In this document: piece after piece, positions 38,401 to 64,000 of the stretch | Layout: each line of letters opens with the position of its first letter | Numbering within the stretch: position 1 is the stretch's first letter | Source of the DNA: Tubiluchus corallicola | Taxonomy: Eukaryota > Animalia > Priapulida | Direction of reading: 5' to 3' | Length of the DNA: 64,000 nucleotides | Assembly: GCA_030141605.1 (NCBI GenBank) | Contig: JAQGDQ010000015.1 | Coordinates: forward strand, 1,178,001 to 1,242,000 | Notes under the pieces: generated by a model | Database searches by the model: none | Told to the model about the DNA's origin: nothing | What the model saw: only the letters and a program-made list of their open reading frames with translations | Program-made: the position numbers and the translations under genes

Positions 38401-41400
38401 TCAAGCAGAGAAGTCACTTGTGTATGTGGATATACCTCAGGTGAGTCGCCTGCTGTCTGGCTTCTTTTTTTAATGCAAACTTCTTGATTTAGGCATACAT
38501 AACTGGCAAAATCCCAGTCATATTTTGCATTTTTATGAATATCAAGACGTGTTATTGATTTTGATAGCATTTAAATTATTGTGTCTAATGAGCTCTCTGA
38601 TGATCATCATTACTTAGGCCTGTCATGGTTTAGCACACAGTATTATTGCACAACTGTTGAATCAACAGGCAATTCATGAAAGTGAAACAAAATCAAAAAA
38701 GAGCCTGTTGTTGAGTTTAAAAATTTAATTTTTCAGTTTTTATTTCGCACCATTGTTTAATGGCAAATGCATTATCTTCAGCTTCCTTAAAGTTAATGCA
38801 AGTGCATGTAGTGTCACATATGTTAAAGGTTTCTCCTGATCGTGTGCTGTCAAATCGCTATTTGAGAAGAATAGTGCAGGCTAGTAAAAGAAATCTCTTA
38901 TGCCAAAAATTTTCATACGTAATTTGTGCTAATAGGGCGGCATGATTATACCAACAAGCAAACCAAGCAACACAGTGCCATGTTTTGAGAAAAGCCTTTT
39001 TCACATGAAAATTAAATTCAAATCAAAATTAATTAAAAATTGTCAGTTAGCGAATAAATTTAAAATCATTTGTTCTTCACTCTCATTGTGTCATTTTTGT
39101 TATTTTGGCTTGAATAGAAAAAAGTGTATTAACATTTACATGTAGTGAGATAAACTTGTATATTCGTGATACTGCAGAACAGCTAAAACATATTTGTTTT
39201 CTTTAACAATGTAAAACTAACTACACTGAACACGACAGGTGTGTCATCATAACAAAGCTCTTGATTAATCTGGTATGAGGTATATGCTGCTCTGCTAGCT
39301 GCTGGATATGTCCCATGTTTTATGAAGTAAAAGACTAAATGTAAAGTCTTGAATATTGAGAGATAGACATTGCATTACACCAAAAATTGCATTACAAGGC
39401 CTTGTGTTAATCTGGTTTAGTGTCTTTCTCTTTGCTTAGGGCAAAAAATTTACAGTGTGTGGTGATATACACGGACAGTACTACGACTTGTTGAACATTT
39501 TCAAGATAAATGACTGCCCATCAGAGACAAATGCTTATGTATCTTTTTTCGAACTTGTATTTGTTGTGGTAAACTTCTGAGTGAAATTTTCATTTTAAAT
39601 GAAAAACCTTTTATCACTTTGCATAATTATTAATTTGAATAGATAAAATGCTTTGAGACTTTTTGTGGGTTGTGCACAGTTTGGGTGTTATTACTAGTTG
39701 ACAAAACTTACTAGTGCTCTGGTGAGCTAGTCTTGAAAAAAATATTTGTTGGTTTGACCTAAATCTACAATGTTATTTCCTTAGCTGTTTTTACAGTTGT
39801 TTAACGGTGATTTCGTCGATAGGGGCTCTTTTTCTGTGGAGTGTATTTTAGTGTTGTTTGGTTATAAACTTCTTTATCCTGGCAATTTCTTCATGTCTAG
39901 AGGTAATATTTGCATGTAAAGTTATAATTCTGTTTAGCAATTATAGTTCTTGCAACATTCTTTTACAATGTGTAATTATGGCATTGTGTATTATTACGTT
40001 TGGTGAAATAAATTAGTATTGAGTGCCTCACTGTCATATTCGCGTAGCAGTAATATAGTAATGGTTGTTAATGTAATAATAGTAGCCAAATAAAAAGCCA
40101 TATGGTTATAACATTTAATGCATTTAAAAATTTTAAAATCGACTATTTAACACACAATTTGCACATTTGCTTCTAGGTAACCACGAAAGTGAAACAATGA
40201 ACCAAATGTATGGCTTCTATGGAGAAGTCAAAGCTAAATATACTTCTCAAATGGCTGACCTGTTTACAGAAGTATTTAATTTACTGCCACTAGCTCACAT
40301 CCTTAGTGATTCAGCATGTCGCATCATGGTAAGTTTGGTAACAGCTATACAGCTGCATTCTTGATTACCTTTTTTTAATGAACTAAGCTGTTTTTTGTTT
40401 TATTGATCGTAACATTTCTGGACATTCACATAGATTCTTCAGATATGAGACCTGCAACTTAATTCAAGTTAACAATGGCTTACCATTATTTACAAGAACT
40501 TTAATAGTTTAAATCAATTTAAAATTGATAGTTCTAAACTATCAATTAGATATTGTTGTATTGTAAATTATTTAACTTTAATTACTTAGCCGTTTAAATA
40601 GTTGAAGAAGAGATGTGAATTTCTCAAAATATGATTGATGAGTTAAATTGGTTTAGCTAAAATAACCAAAATTTAAATTTAACTCCAGCTTTATGTCAAA
40701 AGCAAATTTTTATTTTCAGGTTATGCATGGTGGACTATTTAGTGAAGATAACGTTACACTAGATGACATAGAAAAAATTGACAGGAATCGACAGCCCCCT
40801 GAAGAAGGTGTACAGTTTATGCTTGTTTTCTAGTAATACAGTAGGTGCCGTTTATTAGTCTCAATGGTTAATAGAACCAGTTGCCTAATTGACTCATAAA
40901 CACCTGCTATGTGCCGATATAAAAACTGCCGATAACAGACTCAAATAACTTCGCACAAAATGACTCAATATGTCTACTTTATGTGCTTCAATAAGATATT
41001 TTGTGTGACCAATAAGTTTTTTAAAATTATAAATCAGCTTAGTTCGCTTTTGTGCTGTACTACACATAGAAACAATCATTTTAAGCACCATTTTGTTTGC
41101 AAGCAGGAACGTTTATCATACGCCTATATGCTAGACTATCTTGCGGTCTTGCTTTGACCCGCCCATTATTTGCAGTAATCTCGTTACCCAAGAATTTCTG
41201 GAAGCTAAACCTTTAATCACTTGCCCACCAGTTTACTTTTTCGAAACTCTCCCTGCTTTTCACTGAACGTTTAATCAGTTAGCTGTCTCTGTTATGCCAG
41301 GGATGCAGGTACAGTACAATTAAGTGTTGCAAAGTTGCGGGTAGATTACCATGCAAGCTCAAATGATTGGATGACAGTTTTGTTGTTTAATGAATGGTTA

Positions 41401-44400
41401 GTGAAATGGGATGCAAACATCATTTTACTAGTAGACAATTGCACTACCCATGTAGTCAACGCATCTCTAAAACATATTAAAGTTGTGTTTTTACCAGCAA
41501 ACACCACATCGCTCATTGAGCCACATGATCAAGGCATTACTCGAACACTAAAGGTTGTACTGTAGAAAAGAAATGCTGACGAGAGTTTAAGAAGTGATGG
41601 ACTCCAATGACACAGCTTCTCAGTTAAGCGCTAATGACCTTCCTAAAAATCAGCCTTTTCAATGCACTGCACTTATTGGCTATGTCCTGGACTGCTTCAC
41701 TCATGCTAGATTAACTTATGCGAATAAAACTGTCAATGAAGTTCTTACATTGCAAGAGATAGGCCTAACCGCACCACCTGTTATGAGCAACAACAAGCTT
41801 GAGACTAGCTGCAAGTGATTCAGCTATACAGGTCACCTCGTAATTAACCGTTGATGAAATCTTCACGATAGCCAGTGGGAACTTAGGCGAAACTACAGAT
41901 GAACCCACTTGTGGGGAAACAAGGGCACCACCAATTACTGTTCAAACATGCCAAGCACTATTTTACGATAATTAGAAAAGTAAACTTTTTTAATTTCTTT
42001 TTTATTAACTGACTTTAGAAGTCAATATTTTAAATAACTGCCTAGGAATTTAAGTATTACTTTGTTTCTAAAAATTGATTAGGAACCTTTGCAGCCTAAA
42101 CATTATTAGTTTGCAGTGCATACTAAACTGATAATTCATATTTCTATACTAGTGATACTACTTCTGTCGGTTAATGGATTCAGTCGGTTAATTAAGTCAA
42201 AACACTTCCATCCCAAAATGAGTCTATTAAGTTGTGCCTACTGTATAAAATTTACTTTCAACTTTTTTTTAGCAAATTTGGCATCCATCATTGCAAATCA
42301 TTGCATCATTCAAAGAAAACAGATTTTATAAACAGAATCATAGATTTTGATGATTCAGAATTTCAAAATTTTCTTTATAATATTTTAAATTTCTGTAAAA
42401 GACTTCGGTGCTTTAGCAATATTGCTGTAAAAACTTGTAACATCAACTACCTGCACTTTTAAGGGCTTATTTTATTATGCTGGTAATTTTATATTCAGGA
42501 GTGGGGTGGTAGACAGGGTAGTGCTGTTTGCAAATTACATTAAGTCTGTATTATTACTTAACAGATTATTATGTTATTTCTAGGATTGATGTGTGACTTG
42601 CTGTGGTCAGACCCATGTGATATTAGAGGTCGCTCAGCCAGTAAACGGGGAGTCGGCATACAATTTGGTCCTGATGTAACTGAAAACTTTCTGAAGCAGA
42701 ATGATATAGATTACATAATCCGTAGTCATGAAGTGAAGGCTGGAGGATACGAGGAAATGCATAACAAGAAATGCATAACTGTGTTTTCTGCACCAAACTA
42801 CTGGTAGGATTCATTATATGTCTATGCCGTTTACTCAAATTTTTGTTCGAATGACCGTTTTAGTGATGTGACATTAAAATTGTGTCAGATCTCCCTATAC
42901 CTCTAGTATTTTTAGTTTATTATGGAATTTTCCAGGAGGTTTTGTAAAATCTGTATGCTGCAATGCCAGCTTTCATTCAACAGTTTCCTATAGCATTTAT
43001 TAGTTTGTTAAGAAGATCTGTAATGTATTTCTTAGGAATTTTTTTCTTATTTATTTACATTTATGAAGCATCAACGCTGTGTAATTGTTTTGTACATCCT
43101 TTCTGATCAAACATTTTGTAGACAAGGTTTGTAGGTTTGTAGACTGTATCAGAGGTTTGTTTGTTTTATTTTAGTGTTTATTTGTCTGTTTAAAACAAAA
43201 CAACAAAACAAATGAGGGTTGTTTTATTTTAGTCACATCTGCTAGTTAAAGTTGGAAACATGCCAAAAATTATTTTTGGGCAACTGTTCGATTTTTATGA
43301 CATGCATGTAAGATTAAAGCATATCTACACCAAAAGCACTCTGCCCGTGCTATGTGAGCTACAGTTTTGGGAATAATTAAAACAACTTTTTCCATCCGCA
43401 TGGCGTGCATTTTTTCTAAATAGAAACTGTTTCTAATTTGGTCGCGTGTGTGTCGTTAGATGTTTTCCTGTCAGTAGCAAAACTTTGTTATAAATTGGCG
43501 ATGAGAAACTTACATTAGAGGTTCGAGGTTACCCCTGCTTGTGTGCGTTCAGACATAGAGTCTTCTCTCGCAACTTGTTGCAACGTGTGAACTACTTGGC
43601 AACTTCTCTAAAAAAGAAATCTCTCAGACTGGCGAGAGAAGTCCCTACATTGGAACGTGCCATTATAAGAACACACAGACAGAATTTATTATGCTCCGCA
43701 TCTGTTTTCGTTCGACAAGGTGCAGTTAAGCAAAGCAAATGTTTCATCTTCTCAACATATCACGATGCTGTTGAGCATTATTCACTGTTCAACTGTCCTA
43801 AGCTACCACTTAATCTCTGTTCATTTAAACAAAATTGACTCACAAACTGGCGAATTTCACTTAATTCGAATCTTTTCTTTTTCTTTTGTTTATTTCATGT
43901 TTCCAATAAGATTTTTAGTTCAAACTAGAGCAAAAACAGACAAAAGTGTAATATTGACATTTATCCACAAGTTGATAATAAAATTTGCATGTAGTTATGG
44001 CTGCTTTCCTGCAAAAGAGTGCTGACTAATAAATACGATTTATAATGAAAATTGCTACTGGTCGCATGTAGTGCAGATGTAAAAAACGTGCGTGAAGCTC
44101 CAATCCGGTGCCATGCTTGCATTGTGTGCTTTCAGTGCAGATATGGCTTTAGTTTCTTCTTACTCCACATTGTTTTTATTGCACTTAGTAGCAATTGAGA
44201 TTGATTATGGAAATTGTGTGAGTTAATTCCTGCCTGATGTGCTAAACTGGCAACACATTCGATCCTGCACTAGTTACAACTTACAGATGTATAAGCATGT
44301 AGAACGCTCCCACGTTAATCAGAAATATCAATGGCAAGTAAATTTACTCAGTAATTCATTCTTACCTTATTATATCTATAGGTTGCATAGCTTTATGAAC

Positions 44401-45017
44401 CGCTAATTGATTATAATCCGTAATTGCATATGACATAATTTTTTTAGTGATCAGATGGGGAATAAAGGAGGCATTGTGATATTGAGAGGTGGCAATTTTC
44501 ATAAACCCAGCTACAAGGTTTACGATGCTGTGGTAAGTAAGCTAAGCAGTATTTGTTTCATGAATTAACTCCTAGTGATAACATACCTATCATAGTTCTG
44601 TTCTCACATAATACGAAAATTATTTTTGTAGACAGTACTTATCAGTTCTTTGCTGGTTTTAAAGTTTGATTGCGAAATAAAATTAACCACTTTTGTTTAC
44701 TTTTATTTTACAAATAACTGTTAATTGTTGGTGACTAGACTACAGTGCTAATGTTGGAATGTTCTTGGTGAACTTAGGTTATTGATAAAATACTGGCTGT
44801 CATATTACCGCAGTATATGAATAGAAAGTTATTAGCACGTCCATGTCTTGCATTCCTAACAGTTTTAACGAATTAAATGTTCGGTTCAGATGAATTATTT
44901 GTTCCTAATGACACCCTTTTAATGCACTTTGTCTTAATTTTAATCATTCCACATTTTCAGGATCATCCAGCAGTCAAACCTATGCAATATGCTAACTCTT
45001 TATTCGGCTTCATGTGA
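35495..45017 (+). CDS. PPP5C: Serine/threonine protein phosphatase 5 (TPR plus PPP catalytic domain), 13 coding exons, ~515 aa
   Basis: Exons: 35495-35639, 36730-36899, 37099-37170, 37628-37781, 37980-38113, 38375-38440, 39440-39538, 39797-39902, 40177-40328, 40720-40807, 42584-42803, 44448-44532, 44961-45017. All GT-AG and frame-consistent (1548 nt). TPRs ([36 protein letters not shown]), PPP motifs GDIHGQ, GDFVDRG, RGNHE, HGG, DLLWSDP, RSHE, SAPNYC, and PP5 C-terminus [11 protein letters not shown]. Confidence 0.97.
39539..39796 (+). other. Probable U12-type (minor spliceosome) GT-AG intron, PP5 intron 7
   Basis: 5' splice site GTATCTTT; branch-like TTCCTTAGC at 39777-39785, ~11 nt before the acAG acceptor. 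Confidence 0.75.
40839..42243 (+). mobile_element. Decayed pogo/Tigger DNA transposon in PP5 intron 10
   Basis: TA-flanked degenerate TIRs (CAGTAGGtgccgTTTATTAGTCTCA versus reverse complement CAGTAGGcacaaCTTAATAGACTCA). DDE_1 transposase remnant at 41335-41565 (WMT..LFNEWL...LLVDNCTTH...[19 protein letters not shown]). Confidence 0.88.
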
Positions 45018-45537
45018 TCAAGCATCATGTTTAGTGCAAATGTAAGCTTTTTGTAGATTGCGATTAGTTTGCACCTATTGGTTTTTCACGTGAAATTCTC
45101 GTGTAAATAGTGATTTATTTCCAAAGTTCTCATTCTTGTTACTTGTGTAACGTTATCTGCCAAACTGGTAATTACATACCCAATTTCAAGTGAATATCTG
45201 TCAAGCAACTTGCTTCTGATACTGTGCTTCATAATCAAAGTTGAAGCTTGTTAGTACTTTCCAAAGTTTAATTGGTCAGACTTGCTAGTCTTGTCCTTGG
45301 TCTTTCCCCTTGTTACCTAACAACGCTTCAATTTACCGTAAGGGGTTTCAGTAAAAGAGCTTGTTCCATGTGTCATTTTTTATATTTTGTGGAACTAAAG
45401 AAATAATAGGTTTGTTTTATTTATAAACATCAGTAATCAAATAAATTGTAATTTTTGTCGCAATAATGCTTAAAACCGTGTTGATGAAAATTGATTCTCA
45501 AATTACAATTGTTTGTTTGTAGTGCATTTTTATAAGA

Positions 45538-45980
45538 AATAAAACTTTTAATAAAGATTTGAATTCGAAAATTTATAAATCTATCTAGAATTGCTTTCAA
45601 ATCATTATTTACCTTGCTGATGTAACTATGTAGCATGGTTTTCTTGTCATAAGACACCCTCAGTTTTTCTCAGAATCGGGTTCCAATCAAAATCAGAATT
45701 TAATGTTCAGAACAGTATTACTGTATTCTTTACTTAAACCCCCTTTCTAACCACATCTTTATATTGCTTACACTATGACGAATTTAGCGTAAATTGGTAT
45801 TTGATGCTAAATATAATTTTTTTCTCAATGAGCTCCCAACAAAAGACAGACATGCTTTGTAATAAATTGTACATCTGGAAATATCTATCTTGTGGTGTTT
45901 AAAAAATGAGCTGGCCCCATGACATTGAGAAGAAAACAAGGTCACTTCTCCTAATTGTTAAAAATTGATGCATTTTTATT
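45538..45980. terminator. Candidate polyadenylation signals of the convergent PP5 and SEL1L genes
   Basis: AATAAA on + at 45538, 45550 and 45861; AATAAA on - at 45975-45980. The DNA is AT-rich, so actual usage is uncertain. Confidence 0.4.
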
Positions 45981-47352
45981 TCTACATAGAAATATAACAA
46001 ATTTGTAACAAGTAACATGTACTAAAAATCAAATTATAAGAATCAGGCACGTATTACAATCTTTGACAATTTTTGTGAAATTTAAACAAATGATACTGGG
46101 TATATTGACAGTCAAAAAGATATTTTCAAACCCTTTTTTAACAGTATTTCGCTATTGAAGAAAGTTTGTGGGAAAACAGTTTACTTGAAGGTCATATAAT
46201 ACAGTAATTAGCAAACCTATTGTTATTATATAGTAAAGTAAGGCAGAAATAACATGCTGTGGAATATGTACTCAGCCAAAGCCTAAAGCATCCATGATTC
46301 AATAGTTTTCACAATTTCTACTATAATGTTCCAAAGCAGTATTAGAAAACTTTAATTCCTCACTGTTTACTTAACAGGGTCTTACGTGGGGGTTTAACTA
46401 ACAAACTTAATAACTCCATGATAGTTTTTACAGTAAGTGTTATAAGCATTTCTATGGTATATTATTGAGGAAAATAAACTGTGTCATTCATCAGCAAAAA
46501 GAAAAAGATTTTATGTCAGTGAGTCCTTAATATGAACATTTTTGTAGTAGTTACAGCTATAAAAGATGCAAGCTAGTTTTCTTTGATCTTCTTTGGTTAT
46601 CTTCTGTATAAACTCCTAATGCATCAATTTCAAACTTAATTAATGATAAAAAGCCGACAAAAATTGTGAAAACTATCACGAGGTAGTCCTTCTCTTCAGA
46701 ATAAAGCAGTGAAACATGTTTAGTCTTCAACCTCAGTACATATCTTATGATACAGGAATAAAAAACGATTATTGAAGTGCTGTGTACATGTCAGAAATGA
46801 CAAATGTTGCTCAGATACTGTATCACGCAATGACAATAAAACATAATTCGATCAGCTCTTGTTTATGTGTAAACCCTCACAAAACCAATCACAATACAAG
46901 CAAACACCATCTTAATCTAATATTCCCTCTTTGATGAAACAAAACACAAAAGACAATTTGTAAGAAATAAATGTAATGACAGTTACATATCCACTTGTGT
47001 TCGACTATTGGCTACGGAGCACGACACTTGTAATTTGTTACCGCAGTACGCTCTGTAGTAAACGAAGAGAGCACTTAGGCCAAACAATCACGCTAATTAC
47101 TTGCCATTAGCCTAGTCCCCATCATCCATTAATTATTTTGGAATTTTTGCCTTAGCAAATAGAGAATGTCTTCGTACCACGAGACGAGCTCTTCTGTCTA
47201 ATCATCAGTGATTATTTACACAGAAAATTCTTTAATTATAAATTAGTCGCTATACACGTCAATAACCAACAAGTTGACACACAGCGGGAGAAACACTAAT
47301 GATCACATCAGTATTGTTCAGCATCATCCACTGATAATTCTCCAATCAGTGG

Positions 47353-60345
<12,993 letters not shown>

Positions 60346-61469
60346 CGTTTCTTCGCAACATTTACGAGTTTCCTGGCCACTTCAGTCTGAAAAGCAAAAA
60401 AAAATGTATATAAAAAAAATCTGTGTTATGAGAATGTGCACACAGCATGTTGAGGTATCATATGTATCTTAGACTGCTTTGTAATAATAATAATAATAAT
60501 GCCTGAAGAGCATAGCATAAAATCTGAGCGATCACACAGTTTTTAGTCATTTGTTATCTTCACCAGGTAACAAAAATCCAGTTTTACAGGTACACATAGG
60601 AGAACCATATTGAAAAGCTCACTTTTTTCAGACATTGCACAAATGAGTTAAAAAGCTAAGGCATAGTACAATACAGCAAGCTTTTTAAGAAAATGGAGCA
60701 ATTTCAATGCACATTATAATTAGCTTGATTTATCGTTTTGTTATTATATTATTTTTGGTTCTGTATTTGGTGGAACAATGGTTATTGACTTACAGTTTTG
60801 AATTTAACCAGTTAATTATAAAAGATAATTGGATTACTTCATAAAATTTAATTGTGCTTAACTATAATCGTCTTCCACATTTGGATGCTCAATCGCTAAT
60901 AATTTTTAATGCTGCACAGTAATTTTTATTAATTTTATGTAATGCTAGAGGTGGTTAATTTGTTGACTTGGTGGTGAACTCCACTGGTATGTTATTTCTG
61001 TTTTGTTATTAATTTTGTTTTTTGGAGTGAAGGAAACTAATAAACAAATATTCTATTCTATTCAATTCTATGTTGTGCAAGCTGGCACATGCATACACAG
61101 GAACTAGTAAATTATTGTCATGGCTGAATAAGATGATGGGATCCCGTCATTTTGTGCAAAGTGAAAATAATGCTAAAACGAGTCATGTGGGGCAAGTCAT
61201 TTATATAGCGCATGGCACAAGCAAAACAAGCCCACTTATAAATATTTCATGAAAATTTGCCTGAACATGTTTTTTTTAAGTTTTATGCAAGCAACGGGGC
61301 ACACTTTTATCAGATGGCAACAAATCATGTTTTGCAACAAGTTTGAGTCAGACTATTCAATCACGGGACGCATTGAGTTTGAGACTGTAGATCCAGTTCT
61401 AGCACTGCATTAATTTGCAGATTTAGGTTAGTAGGGTTTTTAGAAAAAAACGTCAATGCTGCATCTTAA

Positions 61470-61960
61470 ATGCAAGATGGCAAATTGAAAAATGAAGTCA
61501 AAATCCGAGTACATCATTCCATGCAGAACTCATTCTAGTATCTTCCTATCAAGCTTCATGATGATCCAATGTAGGCATTTTTTTGAAAGTAATGTTATTA
61601 CTGTCTTCAGTTCAAAATGGCAGATTGAAAATTGGTCTCCAATAGTAGATGCAGAATTCATGCTAGTATCGGCGCATATAAAGTTTCATGATGATCCGTT
61701 GCAAATTGGCCGAGTCTTAAGCATTTTATGAATATATTAATAGCCACCATCTTACATTTAAAGTGGCAGATCGAAAACTTGATTTAGTCAATTGGTGCAG
61801 AATTCTAGCATATTCTTATAAAGTTTTATGCTGATCAGATGCGAATTCGTGGAACCTTAGGCTTTTTTCGAAAATGATGTTATCGCTGCCATATTGAAGT
61901 CAAGATTAAAAATCTGACTCTGTCAGCCAATGTAGAATTAATTCTAGTATATCTGGCACA
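61470..61960. repeat. Degenerate tandem array, ~140-150 bp unit, ~3.5 copies
   Basis: Recurring blocks caa(g/a)atggca(a/g)attgaaaa (~61473, 61613, 61760, 61899), gcagaa...ctag(t/c)at and aag(c/t)tt(c/t)atg(a/c)tgatc. Confidence 0.75.
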
Positions 61961-62652
61961 CTTATTTTGTTTTTCTGCTGCACTGGCATTTTGATTTCAG
62001 CCTACCTAAGTTGTATTTAAAAACTTCAATATGATCTAATAATCATACACCATGTAAATGCTACCTACCAAATAATGAAGAATCATTCAGCGCATTGAAT
62101 CATACCAGTAGTGGTTTTATAGATTTGCATCTGCATAAAATCTAAGACTATCATTGCCCAAAAACTCATAATATTAGCAAGAACAACTGCCAACCAAAAT
62201 CTTAAAACCATTTTATGGTATAACAATGGAAAGTAACACAAAGTAAACAAATGTGAAAACAGTGAGTGAAAAAATCAAAACAATTTATTTCAAGAAATAT
62301 TGATATAACTTTAAACCTGTTTATTCAGCAGCAGTGTCCATCTATAGCTGAAGAGCTTGTTTTGTGATACATTCACGAGGTATAAACTTTACCAAATTAT
62401 CAGACACCAATAGTTGGCATTATCACAAAATTTCATAACTATATATACTACTAACTGAAGATTCTAAAAATTATGGCTACTTTGAAAAAACTTGATTTAT
62501 AACAATGGTGAATTAACTGTCATGAAAAGTTGGTGTGACAAAAGTCAAAATGCAATATTAAAGATTAAAAATAAGCAGAATTGTAGATAGATAGAATTAG
62601 ATTTAGAAATAGAATTAGAAATTTATAGATAGAATTAAAAACTGTAACAACC

Positions 62653-63915
62653 TCAAACTGTCAATGGAATTAAACTTTTTCTGAGTAGTTTAGTCAACCG
62701 TTGTCTAACACTGTCATGTTGTTCCTGACTGCTACTAATCAAATTTATACATTCCTGTAAAACAGCTTTTAATGGTCGTCTGACATGGTGTGGTGCACTT
62801 CTCAGCAAACCCATATAGCCATTACTGAAACGGTTCGCAAAAATATCTCTGCACAACACCTGCAAGTTACTGTTAATGCGATGATTATGGCACCTTTTTG
62901 TGGTGCTATCACAGTACGACAAGCAATCAAAAAACGAACATTCAGCGTCAGAATTACACATAGACGAACATAGTGGGAATGACGAATTCTTGCAAGGCAA
63001 CACATATTCAAACTCTTTTTCTAATTTAGAATCTAGTACCACAGAATCGACATCAATAATGTACACTTCCAAGACGGAAGAGACACCAAAATTTTCTTCC
63101 TTCAAATCGCATACATGAAGTTTTTCATGGTAATCTACCCTGAAGGATTCCTCAAAGTCTAACAGTGCATGAGCAATTTTGGCACGAGTATCCCAGTCTG
63201 TAAAAATTCCTTTCAATAAAAATCTCTGTGGATGAAGATAATGCCCAGGTGGTACACTCCTCATGGCATAAAAATGGCCACATGTGCCTAATAATAAAGG
63301 AATATGTTTTCTGCCTCTTAAGGTAGCTAACAACATATATTCGTCTTGTTGCATCAACATCCAGATGCTACGCATAGCAACTTGTTTTTCACTTGGTGCC
63401 AACTGGCTGAAATTCATGGAAAAAAGTTCAGTAAGCAAGACCTCTTCTGTACTATCAAAGAAATTCAAGTGCATATTTTGCCACAGTGTATCTCTGATCA
63501 TTGCTGAAAAATCTGTAGCTGATGGATAATGCCAACTACCATTGGGAAGCATATAACCAAACAACTGGTAGTCATCAACGTAAGGCTGTTCAGATTTTAA
63601 AATTATGTCATTATTGTTCCAGCGTGCATGATACACTTGCTTGCCAGATTTATAGTTAATACACTCAAGAAAAACAATGTGGTTGTTAACACAAAGGTCA
63701 TGGCACAAGTTTCCAGTCACAAGCCGATCGTGATACTTTTCACACAATATGTTTAAATAGTACAAGGAGTCGTTATTTGAGCACTTCATCAGCCACATCA
63801 TCAGAAGCAGAACTAAGGTTATGATGCACACCACAATTAGTGGCAAACAAGCGCAACGAGAACATTTTCTATATTGCCATCTAACGCAGATGGTAAGATA
63901 GGTAATAAAATGCAT
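62653..63915 (-). CDS. DIPK1: Divergent protein kinase domain 1 / FAM69 family type II membrane protein, single coding exon, 420 aa
   Basis: Uninterrupted ORF with an N-terminal TM anchor and FAM69-type motifs: LCxxY...GNLCxxLC, WMLMQQDEY, HIPxLLGTCGHFY, CDLKEENFG, IIDVD, CxxDAECSFFDCxSxC...NLQVLC. Confidence 0.9.
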   Translation of the reverse strand: MHFITYLTICVRWQYRKCSRCACLPLIVVCIITLVLLLMMWLMKCSNNDSLYYLNILCEKYHDRLVTGNLCHDLCVNNHIVFLECINYKSGKQVYHARWNNNDIILKSEQPYVDDYQLFGYMLPNGSWHYPSATDFSAMIRDTLWQNMHLNFFDSTEEVLLTELFSMNFSQLAPSEKQVAMRSIWMLMQQDEYMLLATLRGRKHIPLLLGTCGHFYAMRSVPPGHYLHPQRFLLKGIFTDWDTRAKIAHALLDFEESFRVDYHEKLHVCDLKEENFGVSSVLEVYIIDVDSVVLDSKLEKEFEYVLPCKNSSFPLCSSMCNSDAECSFFDCLSYCDSTTKRCHNHRINSNLQVLCRDIFANRFSNGYMGLLRSAPHHVRRPLKAVLQECINLISSSQEQHDSVRQRLTKLLRKSLIPLTV

Positions 63916-64000
63916 AACTGCTTAACTTGATGTACTGTCAACAGATCTACAGTATTCAATGGACATTCGACACAGTACCCAGGCAAGACTAATACAGATG

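Noticed and set aside
62785-63529. Plus-strand ORFs overlapping DIPK1
   Set aside because: Antisense shadows of the real minus-strand CDS.

Overview
AT-rich, intron-containing genomic DNA from an invertebrate animal; the exact taxon cannot be determined. Four genes were reconstructed by hand from splice sites and reading frame. (1) The 5' part of SNAP-25 on the minus strand, running off the left edge. It has two tandem 49-nt copies of exon 4 that look mutually exclusive and a candidate alternative first coding exon. (2) A complete 13-exon protein phosphatase 5 gene (PPP5C, + strand, ~515 aa) with a probable minor-spliceosome (U12) intron. (3) A complete 14-coding-exon SEL1L/Hrd3 gene (- strand, ~721 aa), convergent with PP5. 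(4) An intronless FAM69/DIPK1 kinase-like ORF (- strand, 420 aa) just upstream of SEL1L. Introns carry pogo/Tigger remnants, a hAT-type MITE, a foldback element, Helentron-like repeats and long microsatellites. The most notable signal is the SNAP-25 isoform system: the second exon 4 keeps the SNARE core layers (one conservative S39A change) but changes residues matching the synaptotagmin-1 interface. Most short ORFs in the supplied track are intronic noise.
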